64,000 nucleotides of DNA from Neophaeotheca triangularis (lineage: Eukaryota): positions 620,001 to 684,000 of the forward strand of contig BAAIJX010000002.1 of the NCBI GenBank assembly GCA_054600435.1, written 5' to 3'. The position numbers and the translations under genes are program-made. The notes beneath the pieces are model-generated. The model was not told the DNA's origin. It saw only the letters and a program-made list of their open reading frames with translations, and made no database searches. Shown piece after piece: positions 11,242 through 22,809 of this stretch; the first letter of the stretch is position 1, and the number at the start of each line of letters is the position of its first letter.

Positions 11242-11909
11242 GGTTGTCGTTAAATTGATGTTGGGTAACTATAGTGCAAGTCAGTGATGCGGAGAGATAC
11301 GAGCATGAGTGAGAAGAGACTCACAATGCTGTGTAGTGGATGGTGTGGAAGTTGTGGTAAGGCGTGGTCGAGATACTGATGGTGATGTTGAAGAGAAGAA
11401 GAGGAAGATGGATGAAGAAGACAATGATTTTAATCTCGGGCCTTTGTTGACAAGCTTTGACCTGGGAGAGGCTGTTAGGAAGGCGAACACCTTACCGTCG
11501 TGCGTGGTTGCCGGAAACTCGTCGGCACGCACCTTCTTGCGTGCAGCCAAGGCAAGCAGAGCCTGAGATGAAGCAACATCGAAGTACATGAGTAAGTAAG
11601 TACCTAGTAGCTAGCATTGACAGGTACCGGCCGTAAGGTAGGGACGTCGAGACCCGCGGAACACTTGCATTGCTTCCGTTCCTTCTCAGTGGAGGCTACC
11701 TCAAGCAGCAGTCGAGCAAAGCCTGGAGCCCAGCCTCTGGTGACGGTCAGTCGTAGGCCGGGCGCCAGCATCTTGGTTCAACAGAAAATAGGTGTCGATA
11801 CTTACCCCAGATTCCCGAAGAGCTGGGTGTTTATACGTCAAATCGGAGTTGCAGTTTCTTCGTGGTCAGTCGCTGCCAACTGAATACTACAGAGTGATCG
11901 TACAGGCAA

Positions 11910-12842
11910 CTACCTCTCCCTCCTCTCCATCTTCGCGCCCCCTAGCACTTCCCCAATTCTTCCGATTCTCTCAAGATTAACCTCCCCGGACCCAGCACTG
12001 TCTATAACAGCAGCACCGCTCTTCTTGCCTTGAGCTCTTGCCAGCATCTGCTGCACGTTCGGTGGTGCTCCGGTGTCCCACACGCTCATGCCTCTGCCGC
12101 CTTCTGTACCAGCACCGAAGTGTACAGGGTTATCATCTGTGCCGAAAGCTTCCTCAACAGCCTGATTTAGCTGCGCGGGTGTGACGATGAAGGTTCGTGC
12201 GTGATGGTAGAGATCGTGGAGATGAGTCTGGCGCAGGGCACTCTTTTTGGCGTCTTGCGCTGCCAAAAGCGCCGTTTTGGAAGCAAGGCGCTCTTGTCTT
12301 CCAGGGTCAGAGAGAGGCCCATTGTATAGTTGTTCGAGATCTAATCCGTGGGAAGGTGCTGTCAAGCGCTCGTCTTCACGCTCAGGGGCGTGCAAGGCTC
12401 TTTCTCTCTCCGCCTGTCGCTGGGCGCCACGCTCGTTCAGCATCTTTGTGGTACGCGTCTTTCGTGCGCGTAACGCTTTCAGACCCTCGCGCAAGTTTTG
12501 CCTTCGTTGGGCGGACACTTTGGCCTTCCATTCTTCTCGCCCGCCAGCCTTGAGCTTTGTCTCCAGGTTTACGGGCTCGGGGGTCGATTTCGCGAGCTCT
12601 CTGTCGGAAGCAAGATTTTTGCCCTTGTTGCCGGTGAACACGTCGCGCGGAACTGGTAGAATACCTTTGACGTGCGGTCTGTAGGGTATGGTTTGCTGCG
12701 GTGATTCAGGAACTTGGATATAACGAGGCGATTCGGGTGCAACCTGCTGAGTTGCAGCGGTCGTGGCAGAGAAGGCTCTTCGGGTACATTGCGGGCATCG
12801 CCAGCCACGCAAAGGTGTCGAGAACGCCGTCCGAGGAGGCAT
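11910..12842 (-). CDS. Conserved fungal mitochondrial protein, probably small-subunit mitoribosomal protein mS26/Pet12-like
   Basis: 310-aa intronless ORF with an Arg-rich presequence (MPPRTAF..RRAFSATT), APESPRYIQVP, KGILPVPRDVF, RRQNLREGL, LHDLYHHARTFIVT. The family name is from recall. Confidence 0.65.
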   Translation of the reverse strand: MPPRTAFSTPLRGWRCPQCTRRAFSATTAATQQVAPESPRYIQVPESPQQTIPYRPHVKGILPVPRDVFTGNKGKNLASDRELAKSTPEPVNLETKLKAGGREEWKAKVSAQRRQNLREGLKALRARKTRTTKMLNERGAQRQAERERALHAPEREDERLTAPSHGLDLEQLYNGPLSDPGRQERLASKTALLAAQDAKKSALRQTHLHDLYHHARTFIVTPAQLNQAVEEAFGTDDNPVHFGAGTEGGRGMSVWDTGAPPNVQQMLARAQGKKSGAAVIDSAGSGEVNLERIGRIGEVLGGAKMERRER

Positions 12843-13160
12843 GCTGAGTCGTGTTTGGCGGCCTGTTCAAGTAAAGTTGCATGGGGTGAAGTCGTATTGA
12901 AGCCATCCATCGATCGCTGCGGAGTTGGGACGGAGGTGTCCATATTGGCACGTGCTGACTTTTGTATAAGTCTTGGCAAGTAAATTCTAGCTGAGGAACT
13001 TCGAAGCTCAACTCAAAACTTCCTTCACTCACAACCTCGAGCAATTTCAGCCTGATATACAATCACACTGCTTTCAGCTACTCTTCATACCTTTCATCGA
13101 TCGTTGCTTGCTTGAGATTCCCATTTTTGCACCTGCAGAACCTCACGCCCGGCAGCCATC

Positions 13161-15315
13161 ATGGGTACCAAAAAGAAGGAAGCCAACCGCAAGGAGCGGC
13201 AAGGCAAGACCGGCGACGGCATGAACAATGTCAAGACCAAAGGCGAGAACTTCTATCGAAGCGCCAAGAAAGTCAAGACGTTGAACATGTTCAAGGAGGG
13301 CAAAGCCGTACGCAACGCCAGAGGAGACATCACACAAGCCGCATCATTTCAGGGGCGAGAAAAGCCCAGTGCAAGGATAGAGCCGAACCGAAAATGGTTC
13401 ACAAACACCAGAGTTATCAGTCAGGACGCATTATCAGCTTTCAGAGGTGCCGTCGAGGCGCAAAGTAAGGATCCGTACAGCTTCCTCTTGAAGCAAAACA
13501 AGCTACCCATGAGCTTAATCAATGATGGTGGGAAGGAGAGGAAGGATGGAGTGGTGCAGCACCAAGCCAAGATGAAGATTGAGAGCGAGAAGTTCGGCGA
13601 TACATTCGGGCCCAAGTCACAACGAAAGAGACCGAAGTTGGCAGTCTCGTCCATCGAAGACATGGCAGCTTCAACAAGCAAAGACCAGAGCGCGTATGAG
13701 GAAAAGCAGGACGACACCAATCGACTCTCTGGCTTCGCGCCGCAGGAGCAAGACGACATCGTAGCGCACGGCAAGCTGGATGACGGAGACTTGACTGTCG
13801 CCCGGGAGCCGGTGTTCACAAAGGGACAGAGCAAGCGAATATGGAACGAACTGTACAAGGTGATCGACTCGTCAGATGTCATTGTGCACGTGCTCGATGC
13901 TCGAGATCCGCTGGGGACACGATGTCGCAGTGTCGAAAAGTACATGAGAGAAGAAGCACCGCATAAGCATCTGCTGTTCTTAATTAACAAGTGCGATTTG
14001 GTCCCAACAACTGTTGCGGTATGTATCACCTTTCCCTGATCCCAAGACCCAAACACCACCAAGCACCACACGCCACGGTCCAGTCAAGGCTCCTTCCTGC
14101 CCTCGCCGGCACGTCCCTCACGGGACCGTCTCTGGATTGAATCTGTTACGACTGTGGCAGATCGATGCTTCACCCGCCTTAGATACGACGCCGTTATGGT
14201 TGTCGTATCGCCAGGGTTGAAGAGTGGATCGTCTGAGTAGCGACCCTCCGCCTCACCATGGCAATCGATTGAGGGGAGCTTAGTTATGATCCACACATAC
14301 CTTCATTCCCACCGAACTCGTTCACTCAACGATCACAATGGTGTTGTACTGACATACTTGCCAGGCACGTTGGGTCAAGCTTCTCTCCCGCGAATACCCC
14401 ACCCTAGCCTTTCACGCCTCCCTCACAAACTCCTTTGGCAAAGGCACGCTCATCTCGCTGCTACGCCAATTCAGCAGCCTGCACAGCAGTCGCAAGCAGA
14501 TCTCTGTCGGCTTCATCGGCTACCCCAACACCGGCAAATCCGCGATTATCAACACCCTCCGCAAAAAGAAAGTCTGCAAAACAGCGCCCATACCCGGCGA
14601 GACGAAAGTCTGGCAATACATCACTCTCATGAAGCGCATCTACCTGATCGATTGCCCTGGTATCGTGCCACCGAGCATGACCGACAGCCCAGAAGAAGTG
14701 CTGTTACGAGGAAGTGTACAAGTCGAGAAAGTCGAAAACCCAGCCCAATACATCCCCGCCGTTTTGGCGAAATGCAAACGCCACCACATCGAGCGAACCT
14801 ACAACATCAAGGGCTGGGAGTCTGGTGAGAGCAACGACGAGGCCTCGAAGACGGACAAGCAGCGTATCGAAGAAGCTGTCAAGTTCCTCGAGATTCTGGC
14901 TCGGAAAGGTGGCAAGCTTATTAAGGGCGGCGAGGCGGACGTTGATGGTGTGGCCAAGACTGTCCTCAATGACTTTTTGAGGGGTAGGATTCCATGGTTC
15001 TCGCCGCCGCCGGCTACAGAGGGCACCGAAACCGATGGAGACGCAGGCCGTGATGAGAAGTTGGGCATCACGGGTAAGAAGAGGAAGAGGGACTTGGAAA
15101 CTGAGGGCAGCGGTGTTGGTGAAGTGCTTGGGGCTGCTGGTTCTGACGGCGAGGTCGAGGTTGAAGTCAGCGATGATGATGACGATGATGATGACTTTGA
15201 GGGCTTCGATGAAGACGACGAGGACGATGATGACAGCGAAGGCTCCGCTGATGATGCCGAAGATGCCGGTGGTGTGGAGGTTATAGGTGCCACTGAGGTC
15301 AAGCCGGCGGCTTGA
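13161..15315 (+). CDS. NOG2: Nucleolar GTPase Nog2 (pre-60S maturation)
   Basis: [42 protein letters not shown] (G4), GYPNTGKS (G1), LIDCPG (G3), acidic tail. One 346-nt intron at 14019-14364. Confidence 0.96.
14072..14300 (+). ncRNA. snR191: Intronic box H/ACA snoRNA, snR191/U19 orthologue
   Basis: Stems GCCACGGTC/GACTGTGGC (14072/14150), GATACGAC/GTCGTATC and GTGGATC/GATCCAC (14224/14288), with ACA at 14295. Pocket sequences AGTCA+GTTAC and GAGT+TAGTTAT complement LSU helix 69 GUAACUAUGACUC. Yeast snR191 also lies in the NOG2 intron. Confidence 0.88.
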
Positions 15316-15754
15316 GTGTTATGATACCCCCGAAATATCCGCTTCTGTACTTCTCGATAACCAAACCGCAATATCCGAGACTTTCCTCCTTCCAATAGCC
15401 TCATGGCAGCACGCTAGCTAGCTACCTCACCTACTGTACTCTACTCACAAAACTCGGCCGAGTCAACCCACCACCACCCACTCCCCTCCATCCTCATCCC
15501 AACACCAGCCGCGTCCCCAAAACCGCACTCCCCAACAAGAAACACGATAGCTTGAACCTCAATCCCGCATCTCTCAACCAATGAAGAAACCCCATGTGGA
15601 CAAACAAATAAAACCAAACACTCCACGTAGTCCCGACAGAGCGGTTCGTGCTGAATCGTGCAAGTAACAAGTGCATCGTGGGAGATCGGGGCCTGAAGCC
15701 GGGCTTTTGAAGAGTGTGGATTCCGCCGGGCTTGCTCGGTTTTGGTGAGTGGAC

Positions 15755-15755
<1 letters not shown>

Positions 15756-15785
<30 letters not shown>
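15756..15785. repeat. (GCTT)n microsatellite, ~7 copies
   Basis: GCTTGCTTGCTT... read directly. Confidence 0.9.
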
Positions 15786-16952
15786 ACTTGTAATCGTTGT
15801 TACTTCTATCATGGATTAAGGGCAGGGAGTTTATCGGCGTTTGCGGGTTTGTGAGTGGTGAGGCTTCCTCGCGTAAGGTACTGTATATATATATATATAT
15901 TTCGGCTGGTTGAGGGGTTTGGGTGGGGTGTCGAGGTCTCCGTTTGGGCGGTCTTGTTGCTGTGGTAAGCGGGAGTTTGAGGTGAGGGAGAGGGTTTTGC
16001 GGACGGCTGGGTGGTTGGGTTGTGTGTGTGCGTTACAGAATGAGGTCTTCGCGTTTTGCGACACGAGCGTGATTGAGGTTTGTTGGAAGTCTCACACATG
16101 ATTGTACTGAACGGAAAGCGGGGATAGTGATTTGGAGCAAGAAGCGAGCTTGTGTGTGCTCTGTACTTGCGAGTTACATTGCCAGGAGGTAAGTATCTAT
16201 CATCCAATTTTGACGAGATAAAAGCGGCGCGCACCCTCTGCAGCAGCCGGGAAAACGGAAAAGCAAAAAGGGGGGGTATATAAATCTCCAAACTGTGCCA
16301 AATGTATCCAAGCCTGTAAACGCCTGTCTGGAGTGCTTTCCCTTGAAATCTTCTTGAATGCAATTCGATGATGTACTTGAGGCAACTCATACCTCCCCCC
16401 ATGTCATCCCGCGGAGGGAAGCGATGGATTGCAGGCTTACGCGAGCTGAGGGTTGGTGACTGGGTGTGCAAGTCATCTGCCATGCGAGCTGCAGCCTGTG
16501 CATCGTGCCCCGGTCGCTGCGCCTCGTTCGCTAGACCAGCCGCGGTTGTCGAGGATTGTTTGCCTCCGTGAAAGTGAAGATGTAGCTGTATGCCGCCAAG
16601 ACATGAGTCGTAGTTGGCGGTGTGGGATGTTGTATGGTCCGCGGACGCGACGCCAGGAGAGCTCGGTGTGGAGATGTGTGGAGTTGACGTCGGTGATGGT
16701 GAGGAGGCGATATGCATGGCTGCCATGTGATTGTTTCCTTGGGCTGAAGGCCTTTGGGGATGGTGTTGGAGTTCATCACCAAATTTAGTGGGGATCTTGC
16801 ATGTGAGAGCTGCACTTGATCCTCGGTACTTCGGACTTGGTCGAGGCAGTGCTGGTGATGCTCGGTCGTTTCGGGTCCTTTGTGGTAGAGAAAATCGTTG
16901 CCAGTGGTCAGAGTCGCGGTCGTTGGCGGAGAAGCCGGTTTCTGGTGGCTTC

Positions 16953-17030
16953 TCATTTCGAAGGTACCGGAGGAAGAGGCCTGCTCGGCGGTGGGCCGGG
17001 ACAAGGAGGGAGGCTCGAGGCGTGAGGCAT
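16953..17030 (-). CDS. Candidate 25-aa proline-rich microprotein MPHASSLPPCPGPPPSRPLPPVPSK
   Basis: ATG in strong fungal context (CATCACAATG), TATA-like element ~200 nt upstream (17228-17236), C/A-rich leader, RPLPPVP motif. No other convincing ORF nearby. Confidence 0.5.
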   Translation of the reverse strand: MPHASSLPPCPGPPPSRPLPPVPSK

Positions 17031-19083
17031 TGTGATGTCTGGGTCGGGTTCGAGGTGTCGAGATGAGAGTGGCTGTTGTAAAGTGGTTTCGGTTGCTGCT
17101 ACTGCTGGACTTGATGATAGCAGTAGACTCGATCGATAAAGTCGTTGGAAGAGAGGCGAGTAAGACGTTGTGGGTTGGCTGCTAGTTTTATGAGGGTGGT
17201 CGTGGATTGCTAGTGGTCGACGATTGGTATATATATCCTTGTGGTATGTCTGTGATGGGAAAATAAAAGAGTAATCGAGGTCGTGGGCGAGGTGGCCAAA
17301 GATACATATATGTTTGGAGACCCCCTGCTCGCCAACACATGGTCTCACTAATCATAAACAATAATACATGACGGTCAGACGAAGGCGGAGGCCGCGGTCA
17401 ATCTCTCATGATGCAACACTGAAGCAACGCACCAGCCATATGCGCACCCGCACCATCCTGGTACGCAGCGGCAGCGGTGAGCCCGTGGTGCCCGTGAGCC
17501 CGTTTTGCCTCTAGCTGCCTCCGCGAAAAGGAGAGGATGCACAGATGATGATGGGTGTAGCAGAAGCTCGGGGCTTGGCCTATGTCCGCGCTAAATTTAC
17601 CTTGGAGGTTACACTTACGGGCCTTGCGGCATGACTGCATGCTTTCACTTGCCTTTTAGGATTCAGCATCAGGAACCCGAGCACTGCAGCAGGGCTGAGC
17701 TAATCCATGGACAGGGGTAACTGTCCACATGACACCATCAAGCGAAGATCCTCTGCCGGGCTCGTCCTGTCTGTCTGGGATGTTCGCCGATACGCCAAGG
17801 GAGTATGTACTCGAGTCTCGTCTGACTTTGAGTCGCATTCTGCTCGAGCATTGTTTCAGCAGTAGTTGCCATCAACGCCTTGTACTGACTGACTGATTCG
17901 GAAACGACGAGATTCCCTCGCTGCCAATGACTGAGTCGAGTCGCATATTATTGATCAAGTCTCTCAATCTTCCCGTGAAGACGGTAAATCGGATATGTTC
18001 GAAGCGATCAACAAGACCCACGGCCGGTCTTCTCCACACTGCAATGTTCGCTCTTGATATTACCATGTGGGCTTGAGGTGGGCCTACTCCTGAACCTCTC
18101 AACCTTGAACGTTGGAGCAGAACCGCGTACTCGGTTACTGTTGCCCGACACCAAACGTGCAAACGTCAGAGCTTGCGCAGTTGCTGGGGATTGCAACTTG
18201 CAAACGAAGAATTGGCTTTCGATATACATACAAAGCCGCGGCGAGGTCAGTAGTTTGAGCTTCATGAGGCAACAAAGGCGAGCGCTCGTACTACTGCGGT
18301 TAGCCGGGCGTTCGTGTACAATATTAGCTTTCTGTTCTGCAGGGGCATCAAGCTTTTGACAGAGTTGAAGGTTTCGTCTGTCAGGGGCCCCCTGAGCACG
18401 CCCGCGTTCCAAGTCTGTGCAATCTGTTTCAGCCCGGCTCGAAGCTTCAGTCTTTACTTCAGCAAACAATAATGATGGTTTGGACAGTGGCAAATTGCTC
18501 GACAAGAGCACTGATAGAGACAATCACAAATGGGCTGCCACTAGGTATGTTCGGCTGTGCGACGATAATCTCGCTAGGAGGGCTAGAAGGCGCGGCAGAA
18601 GAGCGGCAGAAGGAGCCAATTTCGGGCAAGTCAAAGGACAGGAGCTGCTCTTAGGAGGGAGGGTCAGAGCGGCTCCGACGGATTCGATTGGCGCAATCGA
18701 GTAGGTCTGTGAGATGTGCCTTTTTTTTTTTCACAACGATTGCTGCCGTTTTGCCGGGCAGATTTCGAACAGGTGCTGTTGCTACAAGGCCTTGCGATGC
18801 CGGACGTGTGGGCACGACAGAATCCATACCCGGTCACTTTCCGAATATTAAGACTACGGCGCTGAGCAGGGGGAGGAAAAGCAAGTTCGTAGGCAAACAG
18901 CTTCAGTAGTTTAAACCATATTATTACCTCGTAGTACCTGTAAATTGTAACCTAGGTAGTGGTCTTCCCAAAACAGAACTGTAGGTATCAGCTGGGCGCT
19001 TGCGTCGGACCTGCCGGATCGAGCCCATTTCGCGTCTCTTCTGAGCTCCTGGGTACTCACATTCGAGCAAGAGAAGGTACCTG

Positions 19084-19108
19084 ATTATTGTTGTTGTTGT
19101 TGCTATTG

Positions 19109-19169
<61 letters not shown>

Positions 19170-19192
19170 CATCATCATCATTATCACTACTA
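19084..19192. repeat. Compound trinucleotide microsatellite (TTG)n(TTA)~19(TCA)n
   Basis: Read directly; it produces the spurious poly-Ile ORF 18924..19187. Confidence 0.95.
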
Positions 19193-22100
19193 CTGATGGG
19201 GTTACGAAAGCAGCATAATAGCCAATAAGGTACCGATTTAACTCTAAGCGTTACACACGCGGCAGCCGCTGTGCCGCTTTACAGACACACGTGGCTTGAG
19301 CGGCCACGTGCATTGCAGGAACGTGAGCATGAGGTGTTCGTGTTCCCGTGCACGCCACACCGGCCGACTGCATGAACTGCATCGTTTCACGCTTATGTCA
19401 CGGCCTCGGTCTTGCTCTTGAGTCCTCGACTGGTCTTGTACTCGCTCTCGTTCTCCTACCTCTCAGGTCCATCACCGATTCATTAGGAGTCGGTGTTGCA
19501 TCATTAATCGAGAGCCCATCCTTAGTGTTGGTGTCAAAGCATCTCCCGCTCAGAGTTGGCACCAGAAACCTTGTCAACATTGCGGTGTAGACAGCTCCGA
19601 AAAAGAACCCCCCAAGGTCAGGAGGAAAGTGTTGACGAGCTCACCGCCGACTCCAGAATGATTTGATGGGAATGCGACGACGACGATCGAGGTACATGGG
19701 TTTGTTTGATGAGCCGTTTGATCTTCACTGTTGCGATCGTCAGGGACTGCTGCACCCCTCCTTTCTCTACTTTTCTTCACGCTATCGTCTCGTCGTCGTT
19801 CGTCCTTCACCCCCGTCAGTAATGTGAACACGTCTACCCTAGAAGTCAGGTCAGAAACACGTTCATCACGTTTCAACCCTAGCAAACAATCGCTTCACCT
19901 TGTGTAGGGGCAGTAGTCGCTCTGTAGCACCTATAGCACTTCCGTCCCACCAACTACTTGGTATACGTCTTCGCATAGGTTCACCCTGAAAATAAAACTC
20001 CCAAGAAGATCCCCCTTGGAAGTCATTTCTAGAGAACTAACGACCCGTCTAAGCGGCTTTGAAAGATTCCGACCTAAGGCCATCAATCTTTACTCCTTGC
20101 GACTCCCTTCCTCCCGTCTGATCACCACCCCTCTGAATAAATCCGAGAAGTCGTCTTGTCACCCTAGGTAGTAACAAGCAAGAATGCCAATCTTCACGGA
20201 GATATCAAAAAAGACGACGAGACAATGGGCTACTGCCACGACCAAACCTCCACCATCACACCTTACCTCCAGTAACCTTTCAAGCCGCCGCTGTCTCAGT
20301 AATACGTCCTCCGGAGATAGTAGCAGCAGCTCCACAGCCACGACAGCGGAACGCGATAACCTCGCAGCATAAGCATGACCGATGGGCCCAACCGCGTGGG
20401 TTCCATGCACGTGTCGTGGTCGCAACTTCGTAACGCCGAACTTTGGTGATGGGTAAGAGCAGTCGACCGACGACAGAAACCAGCAAGTCAGGTCCAACAG
20501 TTAGGAATGCAGCTGACTCGCCCACTGACACAATCATTGGATCAGCGGCTTCGGTGACGCAGACACTACTGACAGGACGGCACCGTTGGGTATTGTTGTG
20601 TTTCACGGCTAAAATGCTCGACGACGATAATAGTACCTACAATGGTTCGGCGACTACCTAAGTATTAATCAGCCGGCTGTCGACGCTGTGAAGACTTTTA
20701 ATTTTTCGGCTACAAACATCTGACCCCATTCTGACCGAGCAGATTTTGATACCAACACTGTTATTACTACTGCCGAGAAAGCGACGGTCACAGCTCTGCA
20801 CCGACATGCAAGGATCCGAAAACCCCCATCAACCCCATGTGTCACGCACACATGGCAAAAGCTCGCTTTCCACCGCGCTGTCCGAACAATTTATTTAGAC
20901 CGCGGAGTTGGCCATGGCACAACTCTCTCCAGTCTGGGCTACGGAAAGGGCCAAGGGACCGAAAAGACTCCAACAAGCCTTCTTCGGTGTCGCTCCTTGT
21001 ACGGCGAATTCGAAAACCCATGTGCATGACCACAAGGCAGAGGCTCAGGTGAAAGACTTCTTTCCTCCGAACAAGCAATATTGCCTCCTTTGCTTCTTAG
21101 CGCGAACTTGGCAATGGCACTGGTCAGCAATACAATTGCAAGCGCTTCAAGTCTTCACTCTCGCCCCTGAGAGACGTGAAACAATCAAACGACTCGCGCA
21201 TGTTACCTCGGTGTCGGTTACCTAGCCTGCACGCGACTAATAACAAGGTCTATATGAATCAAAGCAGCGCACGGAGCGTCTCTCCATCCACCCGTCCTCC
21301 TCCCAGTTTCCAGCGCCGTTCCAGAAGTCTTCGTTCAAAAACACGACTTCTAGTGCCGGCGAAGCTGCATATATAGGAACCAACACGTGCCAACTGCCAA
21401 CGCGCGATTTATCATCACTTAGTAGAAAACCGCCCGCGTCTCGACTATTAACTGCTGCGACCCGGCTGTCCCATTACTCCGACGCCACGCACATCGCGAC
21501 AGGCTACAGGCTACAGCATCCGGGCGTGGAACTCGTAGAGTACAAGAAGCTTGACGACCTCGGCGGCGATTTGGAACAGGCTTCCACACGAGCACACCCG
21601 CGTTCGCGTCAGATGGACTCGACAACTCCTCCATCGCACTAACTTAGGGCGCGAGTGTGGCGGCCTGTCGTTTCCACGTCATAGACTCTTTCTTCTCCGT
21701 CCAAGGTAATGCTGGCGAGACCCTGGGACACCGGACCGCGCAAATCCCGATTGCGATGTCTGCCGCGGAAAGCAGAGCACCGCACCGCACAATCCGTATC
21801 GACGCTCGATGTGTCCTTCGAATTGGCGGGGGAAGGAGAAAGAAACTTGGTGCCGGAAGGCCGGAAGGCTGGAAGTTGGTCAGACCCTCGGAGCCCAAAG
21901 GTGCGGAGTATATGGAGGAGCGGCCTGTGTTGATAAAGAAATTGGATGTCTGCAAGATTGCGGCACAGCACCGCCAGTAGTCGCCCGCTACTCGATGACC
22001 AGGTTCCTTCTGCCAGGTTCCTTCTGCCAGGTTCTTTCCTGAGCGCGAAGCGTGGGTCGTGAACTCGTGATGGGGTGTTTTTGGTATCAGTGGTGCTGGT

Positions 22101-22809
22101 GACTTTAGTAATGTCTATTTTGGGTTTGTTGACGTCGTGGTTGCGGGCGTTCTTCGTGTTGCGCCAGCCTCGAGGACGCGTGCAGGTGGGTGGGTGAATA
22201 TGACGACGCTGAAGTGCGCTTCTGTGCCAAAGTATCTGGCGCGGGAGGAGGTGGGCATGTTGCCTTGCGCCGTGGATGCGAAGAAGGTTAAAGCTGGGGT
22301 TGCTCACTTCGCTTCGACATTTGTGAGGCCATTGTGATGCTTACCAGTCTGCACATTGCTCTACGTAGGATTGCGCCGGGTGGTTCTAGATTCCACATGG
22401 TTGGTGACGACTTCGAGGCATTTGACGAGTTCGCCTGTGGTCTAGTGATGGTGCTGCGATGCGCTTCGATTAACAGCCCATCGTATGAAAACTGGATGTG
22501 CCGAATGACCAGGACTGTTGGAACGGGACGTAGACCATGAGTTGCAATCGATCGGCTCGCTGGCCTTCTATCATATCCGTCAAACTCGGGCCGTTCATCT
22601 CATGTAGCTGTCCACCACACTATGCAATTGTCCTTGATGCACAAACGGCCAAGCACCGCCAACCAAACTCCCCAAAGCGCCGACCATGCTCGCTATAACA
22701 AACAAGCGGGTATCATGGAACCATCCTCAGCCCAGTTACGACTCTCCACGTCTGGCCATGACCTTACCCCTGTACTCCGACCCACAGGAAACGCCTCCAA
22801 ACCCCAATC

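Noticed and set aside
15809..17004. 305-aa and 157-aa minus-strand ORFs
   Set aside because: They run through microsatellites and UTR-like sequence and have no domain. They are better explained as the 3' region of the micro-ORF transcript.
18924..19187. Poly-Ile ORF
   Set aside because: Translation of a (TTA)n microsatellite.
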